From: Alphaproteobacteria bacterium
GTDB lineage: Bacteria > Pseudomonadota > Alphaproteobacteria > GM7ARS4 > CBDIDI01
Assembly (NCBI GenBank): GCA_965277685.1
Contig: OZ255830.1
Span: forward strand, 14,829 to 78,828
DNA length: 64,000 nucleotides
Direction: 5' to 3'
Part shown: positions 19,282-30,913 of the stretch, piece by piece
Layout of the letters: every line of letters starts with the position of its first letter
How positions within the stretch are numbered: the stretch's first letter is position 1
Translations under genes and position numbers: made by a program
Notes under the pieces: model-generated
Told to the model about the DNA's origin: nothing
The model's database searches: none
What the model saw: only the letters and a program-made list of their open reading frames with translations

Positions 19282-20526
19282 TCAGGACGGATCGATGTTT
19301 TCTTGGCGGCGTTTGTGTTCGCCCTCGCCATCATGGCGCAATGGCGCCAATGTCGAGAGAAGAATAAAAGCGGGAATAAGTAAAAAAGCGGTAACGATAT
19401 AGAGAACGCCGTATCCGACATCGTAAATATCGGCGAGCTTGAAAACCCCATGGGCAAGAAGGGGGCCAAGAATACGGGCCAATGAGGAACTCGATTGCAA
19501 TGCCGATTGAATCGATCCTCGGCTACCGGACGAGCAAATGCGACTACTCCACGATTTCAGACAGGGATTGTGCAAACCCATGGCCATTCCGATCAAGGAT
19601 AAAACAATCACGGCGATCCATGCGTTGGAGGCAAAGGCAAGGCCGATATAGGAAAGGGCAAGAAAGCCGACCGCGAACATCAATAAGTGTTTTTCGCCAA
19701 CCTTGCGGGCGGCGATACCGACAATAATGCCTTGGGTGCAAACGGCCACGATCCCCGATATGATAAGGGCCACCGACACCAGTGCCGGGCCTGCGTTAAA
19801 ATGCTCATTGGCCCAGGTGGCAAAAGTGCTTTCCAATCCGGAAAAGGCACTTAGCCCAATCAGGTAAATCAGAATAAGCCGCCAACTCGTCCAACGAAAC
19901 CGCAAAAAGGACGACAGGGCCGGGCGCCGGGTCGAATGGGATGACGGGATTTTGGGAATGCGCAAACAAATCAACAACGACAAAAGGCAAAGGATCGACG
20001 ATACGGTAAAGGCGGTGCTATATACCTGGGTCGCTTGATCGGGGGCGGACAAGATCAGGTTGATCAATCCCCCCGTTGCCACCCCGACAAGGACACCACC
20101 GCCAAGGGACGCGCCAATGACACCCATTGCCCGGGTCCGTTCTTTTGGTTCGGTCACATCGGAAGCCAGGGCATGAAAGATCGAAATCCAACCGGCGCTG
20201 CACCCGGTTAGAAAAAGGGCCCAATAAATATCGACAAGAGAATCGGCCCGGGCCAGATACAGATATGCGCCCGAACTGATTAACAAACAGGCATAGAGAG
20301 CCGGTTTGCGCTGAAATTTATCGGAGAACGCCCCCCATAACGGCGCACAGAGAAAGGCGCCAACGGCGTAGCAAGCAAAAACAAGCGGAACCTTGTCCGG
20401 GGTCGCGCCTTGGATTTTTGCCTGAAACGGAAGCAACGGAAACAATATCCCCATCGCGGCCATTGCCGTCATACAGGCAAGGGCAAGCGGGATGAGCCGC
20501 TTGAAAAAGGAAGGTTGATCGCGCAT
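19282..20526 (-). CDS. Major facilitator superfamily transporter.
   Basis: 12 predicted transmembrane segments; MFS motif GAFSDKFQRKPAL after the second transmembrane segment. Confidence 0.75.
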   Translation of the reverse strand: MRDQPSFFKRLIPLALACMTAMAAMGILFPLLPFQAKIQGATPDKVPLVFACYAVGAFLCAPLWGAFSDKFQRKPALYACLLISSGAYLYLARADSLVDIYWALFLTGCSAGWISIFHALASDVTEPKERTRAMGVIGASLGGGVLVGVATGGLINLILSAPDQATQVYSTAFTVSSILCLLSLLICLRIPKIPSSHSTRRPALSSFLRFRWTSWRLILIYLIGLSAFSGLESTFATWANEHFNAGPALVSVALIISGIVAVCTQGIIVGIAARKVGEKHLLMFAVGFLALSYIGLAFASNAWIAVIVLSLIGMAMGLHNPCLKSWSSRICSSGSRGSIQSALQSSSSLARILGPLLAHGVFKLADIYDVGYGVLYIVTAFLLIPAFILLSTLAPLRHDGEGEHKRRQENIDPS

Positions 20527-20635
20527 CCGGGAATTCCAAGAAGTAGAGGCAGCGTCAGACTACGCTTTGAATGGCTCGACCAGCAAGCTATTTCATCATT
20601 ATTCGCCCATTCCGGCCCCATCCCGACAACGGGGC

Positions 20636-20880
20636 AGGGGGATTTTTGCCGATGGATGCAAAGGCAAGGGGCAAAACGGCGCATCCATGAAAGACCCCTT
20701 GAATCAATGAAACGAATGCATGGAACGCCAATCTATGGCGCAGGGGGATTTTTGCCGATGGATGCAAAGGCAAGGGGCAAAACGGCGCATTCATGAAAGA
20801 CCCCTTGAATCAATGAAACGAATCAATGAAACGAATGCATGAAACGCCAATCTATGGCGCAGGGGGATTTTTGCCATTGA
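20636..20880. repeat. Tandem repeat of about 115 bp (two copies plus a partial third) in the divergent intergenic region.
   Basis: gggggatttttgccgatggatgcaaaggcaaggggcaaaacggcgcat.catgaaagaccccttgaatcaatgaaacgaatgcatggaacgccaatctatggcgca is repeated. Confidence 0.85.
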
Positions 20881-21032
20881 CAGAATATATCCCGCCCATC
20901 CATTCTTAGGACTCGCCTTAGAGCCATGCGTTGCGCTATCCCTCACGTTTCATGCCCCCGATGGCTTGGCGATAAAGTCCGATGGTTCCATAAGCGGGCT
21001 TTTTTGCGGCCTTTATTCAACCGGGGACGTTA

Positions 21033-21515
21033 TTGTCCGATCGTGCCAAAGGAATCGATATCGTGAGCCTGTTTCAACATCATGACCGGCGGGTCTATCC
21101 CTATCGATCCGAAGACCTATTCGCGATGGTGGCCGATGTCGAGCGTTACCCCCAATTTCTTCCCTGGTGTTTACGGGTCGATATGCTTGCCCGTAATGAC
21201 GACGGGTTCAGCGCGGTTCTTCACGTCGGCAAGGCCTTTATGTCCGAGAGCTTTACCTCCCATGATCGCCTGTTTCGTCCGGGGGCGGATGGCGGGGATT
21301 GGAAAATCACGGCCAATTCCCAAGACGGGCCGTTTCGTTGGCTTCGTTCCGAATGGATATTTCGGGATCAAGCCGATGGCGCTTGTGTCGATTTTTCGAT
21401 CTCGTTTGATTTGAAATCATCCCTTTTCGCCATTGCTCTGGGTCGTTTTTTCCATACATCGATCGCCCGGTTAAGCCTCGCTTTTGAAGAACGGGCCCAT
21501 ATTCTGTATCGCTAA
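21033..21515 (+). CDS. SRPBCC-fold protein (RatA/Coq10/polyketide-cyclase family).
   Basis: AMVADVERYPQFLPWC...W...ISFDLKSSLFAIALGRFFHTSIARLSLAFEERA is the RatA/Coq10-like START domain pattern. Confidence 0.7.
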   Translation: MSDRAKGIDIVSLFQHHDRRVYPYRSEDLFAMVADVERYPQFLPWCLRVDMLARNDDGFSAVLHVGKAFMSESFTSHDRLFRPGADGGDWKITANSQDGPFRWLRSEWIFRDQADGACVDFSISFDLKSSLFAIALGRFFHTSIARLSLAFEERAHILYR

Positions 21516-21582
21516 ATTCCGTATCGCCGATTTCTTTACCCTTAATCCCGGCAAGGGGAAGGGGGGTATCATCAAGTCCCCC

Positions 21583-22074
21583 TCAAGGGGGTGATTCTTG
21601 CACCATGGCCAGGGCCAAACGCAGGGCCTGTTCGACCCCGGCCCGGCGAATTTGTGTTCGGGTGCCGCGAAAACAATGCCGTTGACAGGTGATGGTGTTG
21701 GCGCGGGCACCGCCGATATAGACCAATCCGACCGGTTTTTCCGCATTCCCGCCGGAAGGCCCGGCAATCCCGGTTAAAGAAATGGCAAAATCGGCCCGGC
21801 AAAGACGCAATGCCCCCCGCGCCATGGCTTGCGCGGTGTGTTCGCTGACGGCACCAAAACGGGCAATGGTCGAGGGATCAAGGCCAAGAATCGATGCCTT
21901 GCTCCAATCGGCATAGACGACAACGCCACACCCGAAAACGGACGACGCCCCGGCAATATCGGTCAGGGCCGCCGCCAATAATCCCCCCGTGCATGATTCG
22001 GCCGTGCCAATCGTTTGGCCATTCCGGCGCAGTACGCCGACCAGCGTCGCGCTAAGGTCTTTAATCACGGACAT
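21583..22074 (-). CDS. pncC: CinA C-terminal domain protein (nicotinamide-nucleotide amidohydrolase PncC-like).
   Basis: GQTIGTAESCTGGLLAAALTDIAGASSVFGCGVVVYADWSK...VSEHTAQAMARGA is the CinA signature. Confidence 0.8.
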   Translation of the reverse strand: MSVIKDLSATLVGVLRRNGQTIGTAESCTGGLLAAALTDIAGASSVFGCGVVVYADWSKASILGLDPSTIARFGAVSEHTAQAMARGALRLCRADFAISLTGIAGPSGGNAEKPVGLVYIGGARANTITCQRHCFRGTRTQIRRAGVEQALRLALAMVQESPP

Positions 22075-22078
22075 GCAC

Positions 22079-22711
22079 TCATTGCTTTTCTATAAAACGA
22101 CTATCCTGAATCCACTCTAACTTTTCCTGAATCCACTTTAACGCGTCGTTCATGATTTGTGTGGAATCGACCATCCAAGATATAACGTCATAGGTTATCC
22201 CCAGCATCACGATGAGAAACCACAAAAACACCGCCGTGAAAAGAGCCGCGACAATATCATCGACCATGATGGCAAGGCCGGCCGGGTGCAGATTTTCAGA
22301 CCATGCTATCAGTGAAGGTTTTTCGATATCGAAAAACCGAAATAAAACAAAGGCGGCAATATAATGGCCGTAATAAGGGACATTATTCCCATTGCCGCCG
22401 GCAGGGGCGGTCCACCATTCGATAAGAAGAATGACCAACCATTGCCCAACCCATTCATCGATGACGCATGTGCTTGGATCGGGATCATCCTCCGAGGTGA
22501 TGATCGCGCCGGCCCATAGGCCAAGGACAAACATAACGAGAATGGCATAGGCAAAAATGGTGATCGGAATGTTGAAGTCAAAAAGCAGCCATGCGCTTAT
22601 GGTTGCGATCGCACTGGCCCATGTTCCCGGTGCAATGGGAAGTCGGCCAATTCCGCCAAGATCGGCAATCCATCGGGCGGCGGATACTACTTCTTTGGGC
22701 GCGCTTGCCAT
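22079..22711 (-). CDS. pgpA: Phosphatidylglycerophosphatase A. The start is placed at the internal Met; the longer ORF would overlap ispDF by 120 bp.
   Basis: LGGIGRLPIAPGTWASAIA is the PgpA motif; membrane protein. Confidence 0.7.
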   Translation of the reverse strand: MASAPKEVVSAARWIADLGGIGRLPIAPGTWASAIATISAWLLFDFNIPITIFAYAILVMFVLGLWAGAIITSEDDPDPSTCVIDEWVGQWLVILLIEWWTAPAGGNGNNVPYYGHYIAAFVLFRFFDIEKPSLIAWSENLHPAGLAIMVDDIVAALFTAVFLWFLIVMLGITYDVISWMVDSTQIMNDALKWIQEKLEWIQDSRFIEKQ

Positions 22712-22766
22712 GACGTTTTTCCCGTGGATGTTTCTGGGGATGTTCCTGGGGATGTTCCCGGGGATC

Positions 22767-24230
22767 TTATCCGGTCGTTGCCCGCATGGCGAGGGTGACG
22801 CACGCCATCGCGGCGATTCCTTCTCCGCGACCGGTAAAGCCAAGTCTTTCACTGGTGGTGGCCTTGATGCTGACACGTGACCGATCAAGGTTAAGCCACC
22901 GGCTTAACCGTTCCACCATGGCATCGCGATAGGGGCCTAATTTCGGGGTCTCGCAAATAAACGTCATATCGATATGGTTCAATCGCGCGGCCCGTCGGCT
23001 AAGCTGTCCATAGGCAAAGTCGAGGAAGATTTTCGAATCGGCCCCCTTGAAGCGATCGTCATCGGGCGGGAAATGGGTGCCGATATCGCCCATTGCCAAG
23101 GCGCCGAGAATGGCATCGGTTAGGGCATGCAGACCGACATCGGCATCGGAATGACCGCTTAACCGATATGGATGATCAATCGGAACGCCGCACAAAATCA
23201 TACCGCTGCCGCGGACAAGTCGATGCACGTCAAAACCATGGCCGACACGAATATCATAATCGCGAGAAGCGAGCATATGGCGCGCCCTTTCCAAATCATC
23301 TCGAGTTGTGATCTTTTGATTATGATCGCTATCGTCGATCGCGACAACGGTCAAGCCCGATGCCAGGGCAACACCGGTATCATCGGTATAGTCGCTATGG
23401 TCGGCATTTTTATGGGCGCGATAAAGGGCGTTAAAGCAAAACCCCTGGGGCGTTAGACTGCGCCGCAACGGGGCGCGGTCGATCATGTTTCGGATTTGCC
23501 CCCGCATTTGACCCTGAATTTGACCCTGAGTTTGATCGAGGCGTTGACCCCGGGTTTGATTGGGGCGTTGATCAGAATGTTGACCAGAATGTTGACCCCG
23601 GGCGGGTGCATGGATTTTGGGCGATGGCGCTATACCGTCCGCGCTTTTCGTCGTTGCCGCGATCGGCGGCGACAAGGGCGGATCGATTGCCGGATCAAGC
23701 GTTATAACACTATCGTGTACCATGGCGCAGGCAACGGCACCGTCAATACGATCATCGTCAAGAGCATCCAATACACGGGTGATAATAGCGTCGCCGACAA
23801 AGGGCCGGGCACCGTCGTGGATTAAAATCTTGTCGATATGATCGCCTTTAAGGACTTCCATGCCGCGCATGACCGATTGCTGTCGGCTGTCGCCACCGAT
23901 GATGGGGGGCAGAATTTTTGCCGTCTTGCGTTTTATATTCTTATCTTTTGCCCCCTTGCCTTGGGGGTCGCGCACGATATGTGATTCATTTCCCGATATT
24001 TCATTTATTGGGGTTTCATTTTCCAGTGTTTCAATGACGTCGGCACAGGCCTTTTCGTCGTCCTTATGGATGACGATTTGAATCCGATCGATTTCTGGAT
24101 GGTCGATAAAGGGGGTCAAGGCCCGGGCCAGAACACTGCGTCCGGCAAGGTCGACATAGGGTTTGTGAATGCCCGATTCCATGCGCCGTGAATGGCCGGC
24201 CGCAACAATCAAAGCCGCATTTTTGAGCAT
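22767..24230 (-). CDS. ispDF: Bifunctional 2-C-methyl-D-erythritol 4-phosphate cytidylyltransferase / 2,4-cyclodiphosphate synthase (IspDF) with a repeat-encoded linker insert.
   Basis: N-terminal ALIVAAGHSRRM...(IspD); C-terminal IRVGHGFDVHRL...GHSDADVGLHALTDAILGA (IspF). The G/Q-rich linker is encoded by a ttgaccc-type DNA repeat at about 23490-23620. Confidence 0.85.
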   Translation of the reverse strand: MLKNAALIVAAGHSRRMESGIHKPYVDLAGRSVLARALTPFIDHPEIDRIQIVIHKDDEKACADVIETLENETPINEISGNESHIVRDPQGKGAKDKNIKRKTAKILPPIIGGDSRQQSVMRGMEVLKGDHIDKILIHDGARPFVGDAIITRVLDALDDDRIDGAVACAMVHDSVITLDPAIDPPLSPPIAATTKSADGIAPSPKIHAPARGQHSGQHSDQRPNQTRGQRLDQTQGQIQGQMRGQIRNMIDRAPLRRSLTPQGFCFNALYRAHKNADHSDYTDDTGVALASGLTVVAIDDSDHNQKITTRDDLERARHMLASRDYDIRVGHGFDVHRLVRGSGMILCGVPIDHPYRLSGHSDADVGLHALTDAILGALAMGDIGTHFPPDDDRFKGADSKIFLDFAYGQLSRRAARLNHIDMTFICETPKLGPYRDAMVERLSRWLNLDRSRVSIKATTSERLGFTGRGEGIAAMACVTLAMRATTG

Positions 24231-24621
24231 ATTTTTGGCCCCATTTCTAGCCCCATTTTTAACTGGATTTTCGGTGACGTTTTTGGGCATGTTTTCAGAT
24301 ACTACGGTCGGTGATCGCGGCGTGGTCGATTATCGTATGATGAACGATGGGTCTATCATCGGTTTCCTATGATCATCGTCTCGTATAATCGCCCTGGCAT
24401 AATCACAAGGGCATAATGACAAGGGTATGCCTTTGCCGATTCGGTTGCAAGTCGATCGGGTGATTTTTCGATCGATCCCGCGTGCCATGATCGCTTTAAT
24501 CGCATCGGGAATCATATCAAGCACGGGCGGAATTATCCCGCGGCGCATAGCGGTCACGAAAACGGCACGATCGCAAGATGATTCTTGCCCCATAGGCGCG
24601 GGCAGGCATAATGACACCCGT

Positions 24622-25653
24622 ATGCAACACGGTCACGACATAGGAATCATCGGTGCCGGTGCCTGGGGTACGGCTTTGGCCTTGGTCTGCGCCCGAGCGG
24701 GCGGGCCGGGAACATCGGATCGCGGACGGGTTCTTTTACAAGCGCATGACCCCGGTCTTGCCGAATCGATACAATCGCGCCGTTGCAACGATCGCCATCT
24801 GCCCGGGCAGACATTGCCTAACCGTATCGAGGCGATTCATGACATATCGCAAATGGCCGGGTGCCGATTGATTTTAATCGCATGTCCGGCCCAGCGTCTG
24901 CGCACGGCCTGCCTTGCGCTTCGCCCTTATCTTGGCCCCGTTCCGGTTGTGCTGTGCGCCAAGGGGGTTGAGGACAAGACCGGGTTATTCATGCACGAGG
25001 TGGCGCGCCAAGTATTGGGGGACAAAGCAACGCTAATCGCGTTATCGGGGCCGAATTTTGCCGCCGATATCGCCGCCGGTCGCCCGGCGGCGGCATCCGT
25101 GGCCTGCGTCGATATCGACGTTGCTCTGAACGTTGCGACCATGCTTCGTACCGATGATTTTCGCCCCTATGCGCACAACGATATCATCGGGTGCAGCGTC
25201 GCGGGGGCCCTCAAAAACGTCATTGCGATCGGCTGTGGCATTGTCGCGGGGAAAAATATGGGGGAAAACGCGGTTGCGGCATTAATGACCCGTGGGTACG
25301 CCGAAATGGTGCGACTTGCGGTTGCCTGTGGCGCGAACGGGACGACGATGGCCGGACTTGCCGGTATCGGTGATTTATGCCTGACCTGTTCAAGCCGGAC
25401 GTCACGCAATACGTTATTCGGGTGGCATCTGGGTCAAGGATGCACGCCCAGCGTTGCCAAAGAACGGATAAATTCCGTGGTTGAAGGGGTGATAAGCACC
25501 AAAAGCATTGGATTTCGGGCTAAAAAATTGGGTATTGATATGCCGATTTGCGCCACCGTTGAAAAAATCTTGTGGCATGAAGCGAATATTGACGCTATGA
25601 TCCGCGAACTTCTTATGCGGCCGCTGAGGGAGGAATTCCCGCCCCGCCAATAA
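24622..25653 (+). CDS. gpsA: NAD(P)H-dependent glycerol-3-phosphate dehydrogenase.
   Basis: IGIIGAGAWGTALALV Rossmann motif plus the GpsA C-terminal catalytic region (GLKNVIAIGCGI...GDLCLTCSS). Confidence 0.88.
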   Translation: MQHGHDIGIIGAGAWGTALALVCARAGGPGTSDRGRVLLQAHDPGLAESIQSRRCNDRHLPGQTLPNRIEAIHDISQMAGCRLILIACPAQRLRTACLALRPYLGPVPVVLCAKGVEDKTGLFMHEVARQVLGDKATLIALSGPNFAADIAAGRPAAASVACVDIDVALNVATMLRTDDFRPYAHNDIIGCSVAGALKNVIAIGCGIVAGKNMGENAVAALMTRGYAEMVRLAVACGANGTTMAGLAGIGDLCLTCSSRTSRNTLFGWHLGQGCTPSVAKERINSVVEGVISTKSIGFRAKKLGIDMPICATVEKILWHEANIDAMIRELLMRPLREEFPPRQ

Positions 25654-25974
25654 GTGACGGCATTGCTTGGCGATCCGATGTGGATCTTCGGGTGATCGCA
25701 CCGATTGGCACAAGCAGGGTTCGGGCGGGACTTGGCCGGTGGCTTGGAAGTCGGCGTGTGTATCCGTGGAAAAGCGGTGTGCGCGCCATCGGACGATACC
25801 CATCACGGGTCTTGTCCCCGGCAATGGTCACCAAAGGGCCTGCGCCGCCGTTAGTGAGTAGGGCTTGCGCCAGCGGGTTTTGCGGGGCGAGGGTCACCGG
25901 TAACGGGGCATTGTGGTTGGGACGCGGACGGTCAAAAGGGAGGTAATTTTAAGGATTCGGGAGGAATCGCTTAA

Positions 25975-26286
25975 ATGTATTTCATCATTGACTGTACCGA
26001 TCATGCCGATCGCGGCGATGTTCGGCGCGCGGTTCGTCACCGCCATCTGGAATGGCTGGCAACGGTTAAGGATAAAATCCTCAGTGCCGGGCCAAAATTG
26101 GACGACACGGGGAAGCATCCGATCGGCTCTCTTCTTATTATCGATTTTCCCGACCGGCAGGCGGCCCGACATTTTGCCGATCGCGATCCGTATGCCTTGG
26201 CCGGGCTGTTTTCCGGCGTTGTGATCCACCGCTATCGGCAAGTATTGCCGGTTTCCGGCGATCGGATAACCGACACAAAAGGTTAA
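25975..26286 (+). CDS. YciI-like protein (Dabb fold).
   Basis: About 100 aa: YFIIDCTD...RHRHLEWLA...GP.L.D....GS.LIIDFPD...A..FA..DPY, the YciI family pattern. Confidence 0.65.
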   Translation: MYFIIDCTDHADRGDVRRAVRHRHLEWLATVKDKILSAGPKLDDTGKHPIGSLLIIDFPDRQAARHFADRDPYALAGLFSGVVIHRYRQVLPVSGDRITDTKG

Positions 26287-26288
26287 TC

Positions 26289-26708
26289 ATGGCATTTTGG
26301 CTCTTTAAATCGGAACCTTCGACATGGTCATGGGATGATCAAAAGCGCGATGGCGTGGCCGAATGGGATGGGGTGCGCAATTGGCAGGCCGCAGCGAATA
26401 TGAAAAAAATGGTGATTGGCGATCATGGTTTTTTCTATCATTCGGTCAAGGAAAAGCGGATTGTCGGCATTGTCCGGGTCGTGCGGGAATATTATCCCGA
26501 TCCGACCGATGCAAGCGGACGGTTCGGCATGGTCGATGTCGAGGCCTGCGTGCCGTTGCTAAAACCGGTTTCCTTGCAACAGATCAAAGACGATCCGGCC
26601 TTTGCCCATTTGGCATTGATTCGTCAATCCCGCCTATCCGTGTTGCCTGTCGACGGCGAATCGTGGCACAAGATATGCCGTATGGGCGGGGTTGATGGTA
26701 ATTTTTAA
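26289..26708 (+). CDS. EVE (PUA-like) domain protein.
   Basis: FWLFKSEPSTWSWDD...GVRN.QA.N.MK.M..GD..FFYHS...IVGI..V is the EVE domain signature. Confidence 0.75.
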   Translation: MAFWLFKSEPSTWSWDDQKRDGVAEWDGVRNWQAAANMKKMVIGDHGFFYHSVKEKRIVGIVRVVREYYPDPTDASGRFGMVDVEACVPLLKPVSLQQIKDDPAFAHLALIRQSRLSVLPVDGESWHKICRMGGVDGNF

Positions 26709-26808
26709 TCATATCCAATCGTATGGCGATAATGCGATCATCGGCTCGATATGAATCACAAGAGGGATCATACCAAGGATCACAACCGACAAGCAGGGAG
26801 GAAAAATC

Positions 26809-28740
<1,932 letters not shown>

Positions 28741-28741
28741 G

Positions 28742-28866
28742 ATTACCCGAAATTGCACCCCGAATACGCCGAGGCCCGCTCGCTACATTACCCGGAATTG
28801 CGCCTCGAATACGCCGAGGATTGCTCGCTACATTACCCGGAATTGCCCCCCGAATATGCCGATTAT
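28742..28866. repeat. Tandem repeat: about 46-bp unit, about 2.7 copies, starting immediately after the acs stop.
   Basis: attacccg.aattgc.cc.cgaatacgccgagg...gctcgctac is repeated. Confidence 0.8.
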
Positions 28867-29160
28867 AAGGCGGATTAAGGCATCGATCACGATTCCGATG
28901 CCGTCATCCTATCGGGTGATTATCGGCGCCGCCCAATGGAATGGATTATGACGGGCAAGGGCAATGCCGGGAACCTTTGTCAATGCGACCGACATCAAAG
29001 GCGGCACCAAGGTCGATGTAGCGCGACAGATAGAGTGAGAGCACTCAGGATCCGGGATAAAGCGGGTCCGTTAGGGGCGCGGTGGGACAAGGAATCTATT
29101 GGTGGGGGCGGGTTACGGGGCGATGGTGCGGTGCCCACAGGGCATCAAAACAGGTCCATC

Positions 29161-29218
29161 CCCGCGACAGATGGTTTGATAGCACTTTTACCGACCGCGA
29201 CAGATGGTTTGATAGCAC
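29161..29218. repeat. Left-end transposase-binding-site-like repeats: two direct copies of cgcgacagatggtttgatagcac, inverted relative to the right-end copies.
   Basis: cccgcgacagatggtttgatagcac at 29161-29185 and ccgcgacagatggtttgatagcac at 29195-29218. The reverse complement matches 20 of 24 bp with the 53401-53446 copies. Confidence 0.7.
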
Positions 29219-29539
29219 CCCGATCGGCGCAACGCCCGATGGGATAAGGGCTAGAGGGTGATTTTCGGCCCGACCGAACAACGAAGAAAAACGTAGCTGT
29301 TCCGAATCGACTTATTACTTCACCTGTGAGGCGCGGTTTTCTGCCATTTCCATCAAAACCCGATGCACAAATACCCCGGACTTGCGGCATTTGTGAATTA
29401 AAAGGGGTATAGAGCGATGGATATACAATCATAAATATATCCAAGGGCAAAATCGGCCAATAAGGAAGAATGGGAATGTCCATGGACGAATGACCATCAT
29501 ATCATGGCCGCTATGTCACCGATGAAGGTTCAAGGAACG

Positions 29540-30105
29540 CTATTCGACCGGGCGCGAGCCAACCGAACGGCGATCTGGGCCCGAATGGTTGCCTTGTCCG
29601 ATGGTGCCGCCGCGGGGTTCTGGGCGTTGTATCCGCGTTGACGGCGGCGTTAGACCGGTGATTGAGAATCGGCGAATCGGCCTTTCGACCGGGCGCGAGC
29701 CAACCGGGCGGCGATCTCGGCCCGAATGGTTGCCTTGTCCGATGGTGCCGCTGCGGGGGTCTGGGCGTTGTATCCGCGTTGACGGCGGCGTTGGACCGGT
29801 GATTGAGAATCGGCGAATCGGCCTTTCGGACCGGGCGCGAGCCAACCGGGCGGCGATCTGGGCCCGAATGGCTGCCTTGTCCGATGGTGCCGCCGCGGGG
29901 GTCTGGGCGTTGAATCCGCGTTGACGGCGGCGTTGAACCGGTGATTGAGAATCGGCGAATCGGCCTTTCGACCGGGCGCGAGCCAACCGAACGGCGATCT
30001 GGGCCCGAATGGTTGCCTTGTCCGATGGTGCCGCTGCGGGGGTCTGGGCGTTGAATCCGCGTTGACGGCGGGCGTTGAACCGGCGAATCGGCCGTGATTG
30101 TGGGG
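29540..30105. repeat. Minisatellite: unit of about 130-140 bp, about 4.3 tandem copies, between the element's left end and the repressor gene.
   Basis: cggcgaatcggcctttcgaccgggcgcgagccaacc recurs at about 29541, 29681, 29811 and 29951 with near-identical intervening sequence. The repetitive minus-strand ORFs across it are artefacts. Confidence 0.85.
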
Positions 30106-30249
30106 GCGCACGATATGGGCTTAACTTCCAGGTGAATGGACGATGCCTCCTGTATCGCGCGCCCCCTGACATCTTCTCCTAACGGCAATATAAACCGTGA
30201 CGGGAAATATCAACCCCGCGCGCCTTATTATCGCCTTATTATTTTGGGG

Positions 30250-30879
30250 TTAATCGGTTTTGGCCTTTGGCGGGGTGTTTTCTTCTTCCCGGGGCTTCTC
30301 ATCTTTATTTTTCAGGAACTTCTCATCTGCGGACAGAAAGCGACGCACGTCATGTTTCTTGCCGGTGGATATTTTATGTTTTCGTAATTCGCGGATTTTC
30401 TTAATCTCAATATCCAGCTTTTCCTGAAATTCTTCCCAGCAATGTGCGGCAAACTTGGGATAATCGAGGGGGTGGTGGCGAAATAATTTCAGCCTGACCA
30501 GGATCATCAAGAATTGCCGCAAGGTTTCCTGGAACCAGTCTTTCGACATCGCTTCGCGCCAATCATCAGGTGCCCCGTCCGGCTTGAGGGCCTGGGGAAT
30601 GCCGTCACCGTCCGCCGGGGGCGTCGATTGCGATCCGGCCGGGCGCATCTCACCCTCGCCCGTGGCCAGCCACTCCAGAGACACACCCACAGCACCGGCC
30701 AAACGTGATAACGCGGTGAAAGATGGCGTGCTTTCCCCTTTGCAATAGCGGTTCAGCTGCTCAACGGTAACACCGGCAACTTCACTCGCTTGCTTTTTCG
30801 ATGAGAAAAGATTGATTGCATCTTTAATGCGAGAATTTAGCCCACTATCACGAAATAATGTCTTGACCTTATGTCGCAT
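30250..30879 (-). CDS. Phage repressor-like HTH (XRE/Cro-C1 family) transcriptional regulator, transcribed leftward like Mu c.
   Basis: HTH segment QASEVAGVTVEQLNRYCKGESTPSFTALSRLAGAVGVSLEWLATGEG; divergent from the Ner-like gene. Confidence 0.7.
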   Translation of the reverse strand: MRHKVKTLFRDSGLNSRIKDAINLFSSKKQASEVAGVTVEQLNRYCKGESTPSFTALSRLAGAVGVSLEWLATGEGEMRPAGSQSTPPADGDGIPQALKPDGAPDDWREAMSKDWFQETLRQFLMILVRLKLFRHHPLDYPKFAAHCWEEFQEKLDIEIKKIRELRKHKISTGKKHDVRRFLSADEKFLKNKDEKPREEENTPPKAKTD

Positions 30880-30913
30880 TTATGCTGTTTATCCAAATCT
30901 TGACGAAGAAAAG

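Noticed and set aside
22079-22888. Full 269-aa reading of the pgpA ORF.
   Set aside because: The N-terminal 59 codons overlap the ispDF 3' end by about 120 bp and are encoded by a ggggatgttcc tandem repeat (IPGNIPRNIPRNI). The internal Met gives a normal-length PgpA with a 55-bp intergenic gap.
29511-30188. Several long minus- and plus-strand ORFs (225, 210, 153 and 111 aa) with highly repetitive translations.
   Set aside because: They are translations of the 135-bp tandem minisatellite in multiple frames. They have no start context or motifs and mutually overlap, so I treat them as artefacts.
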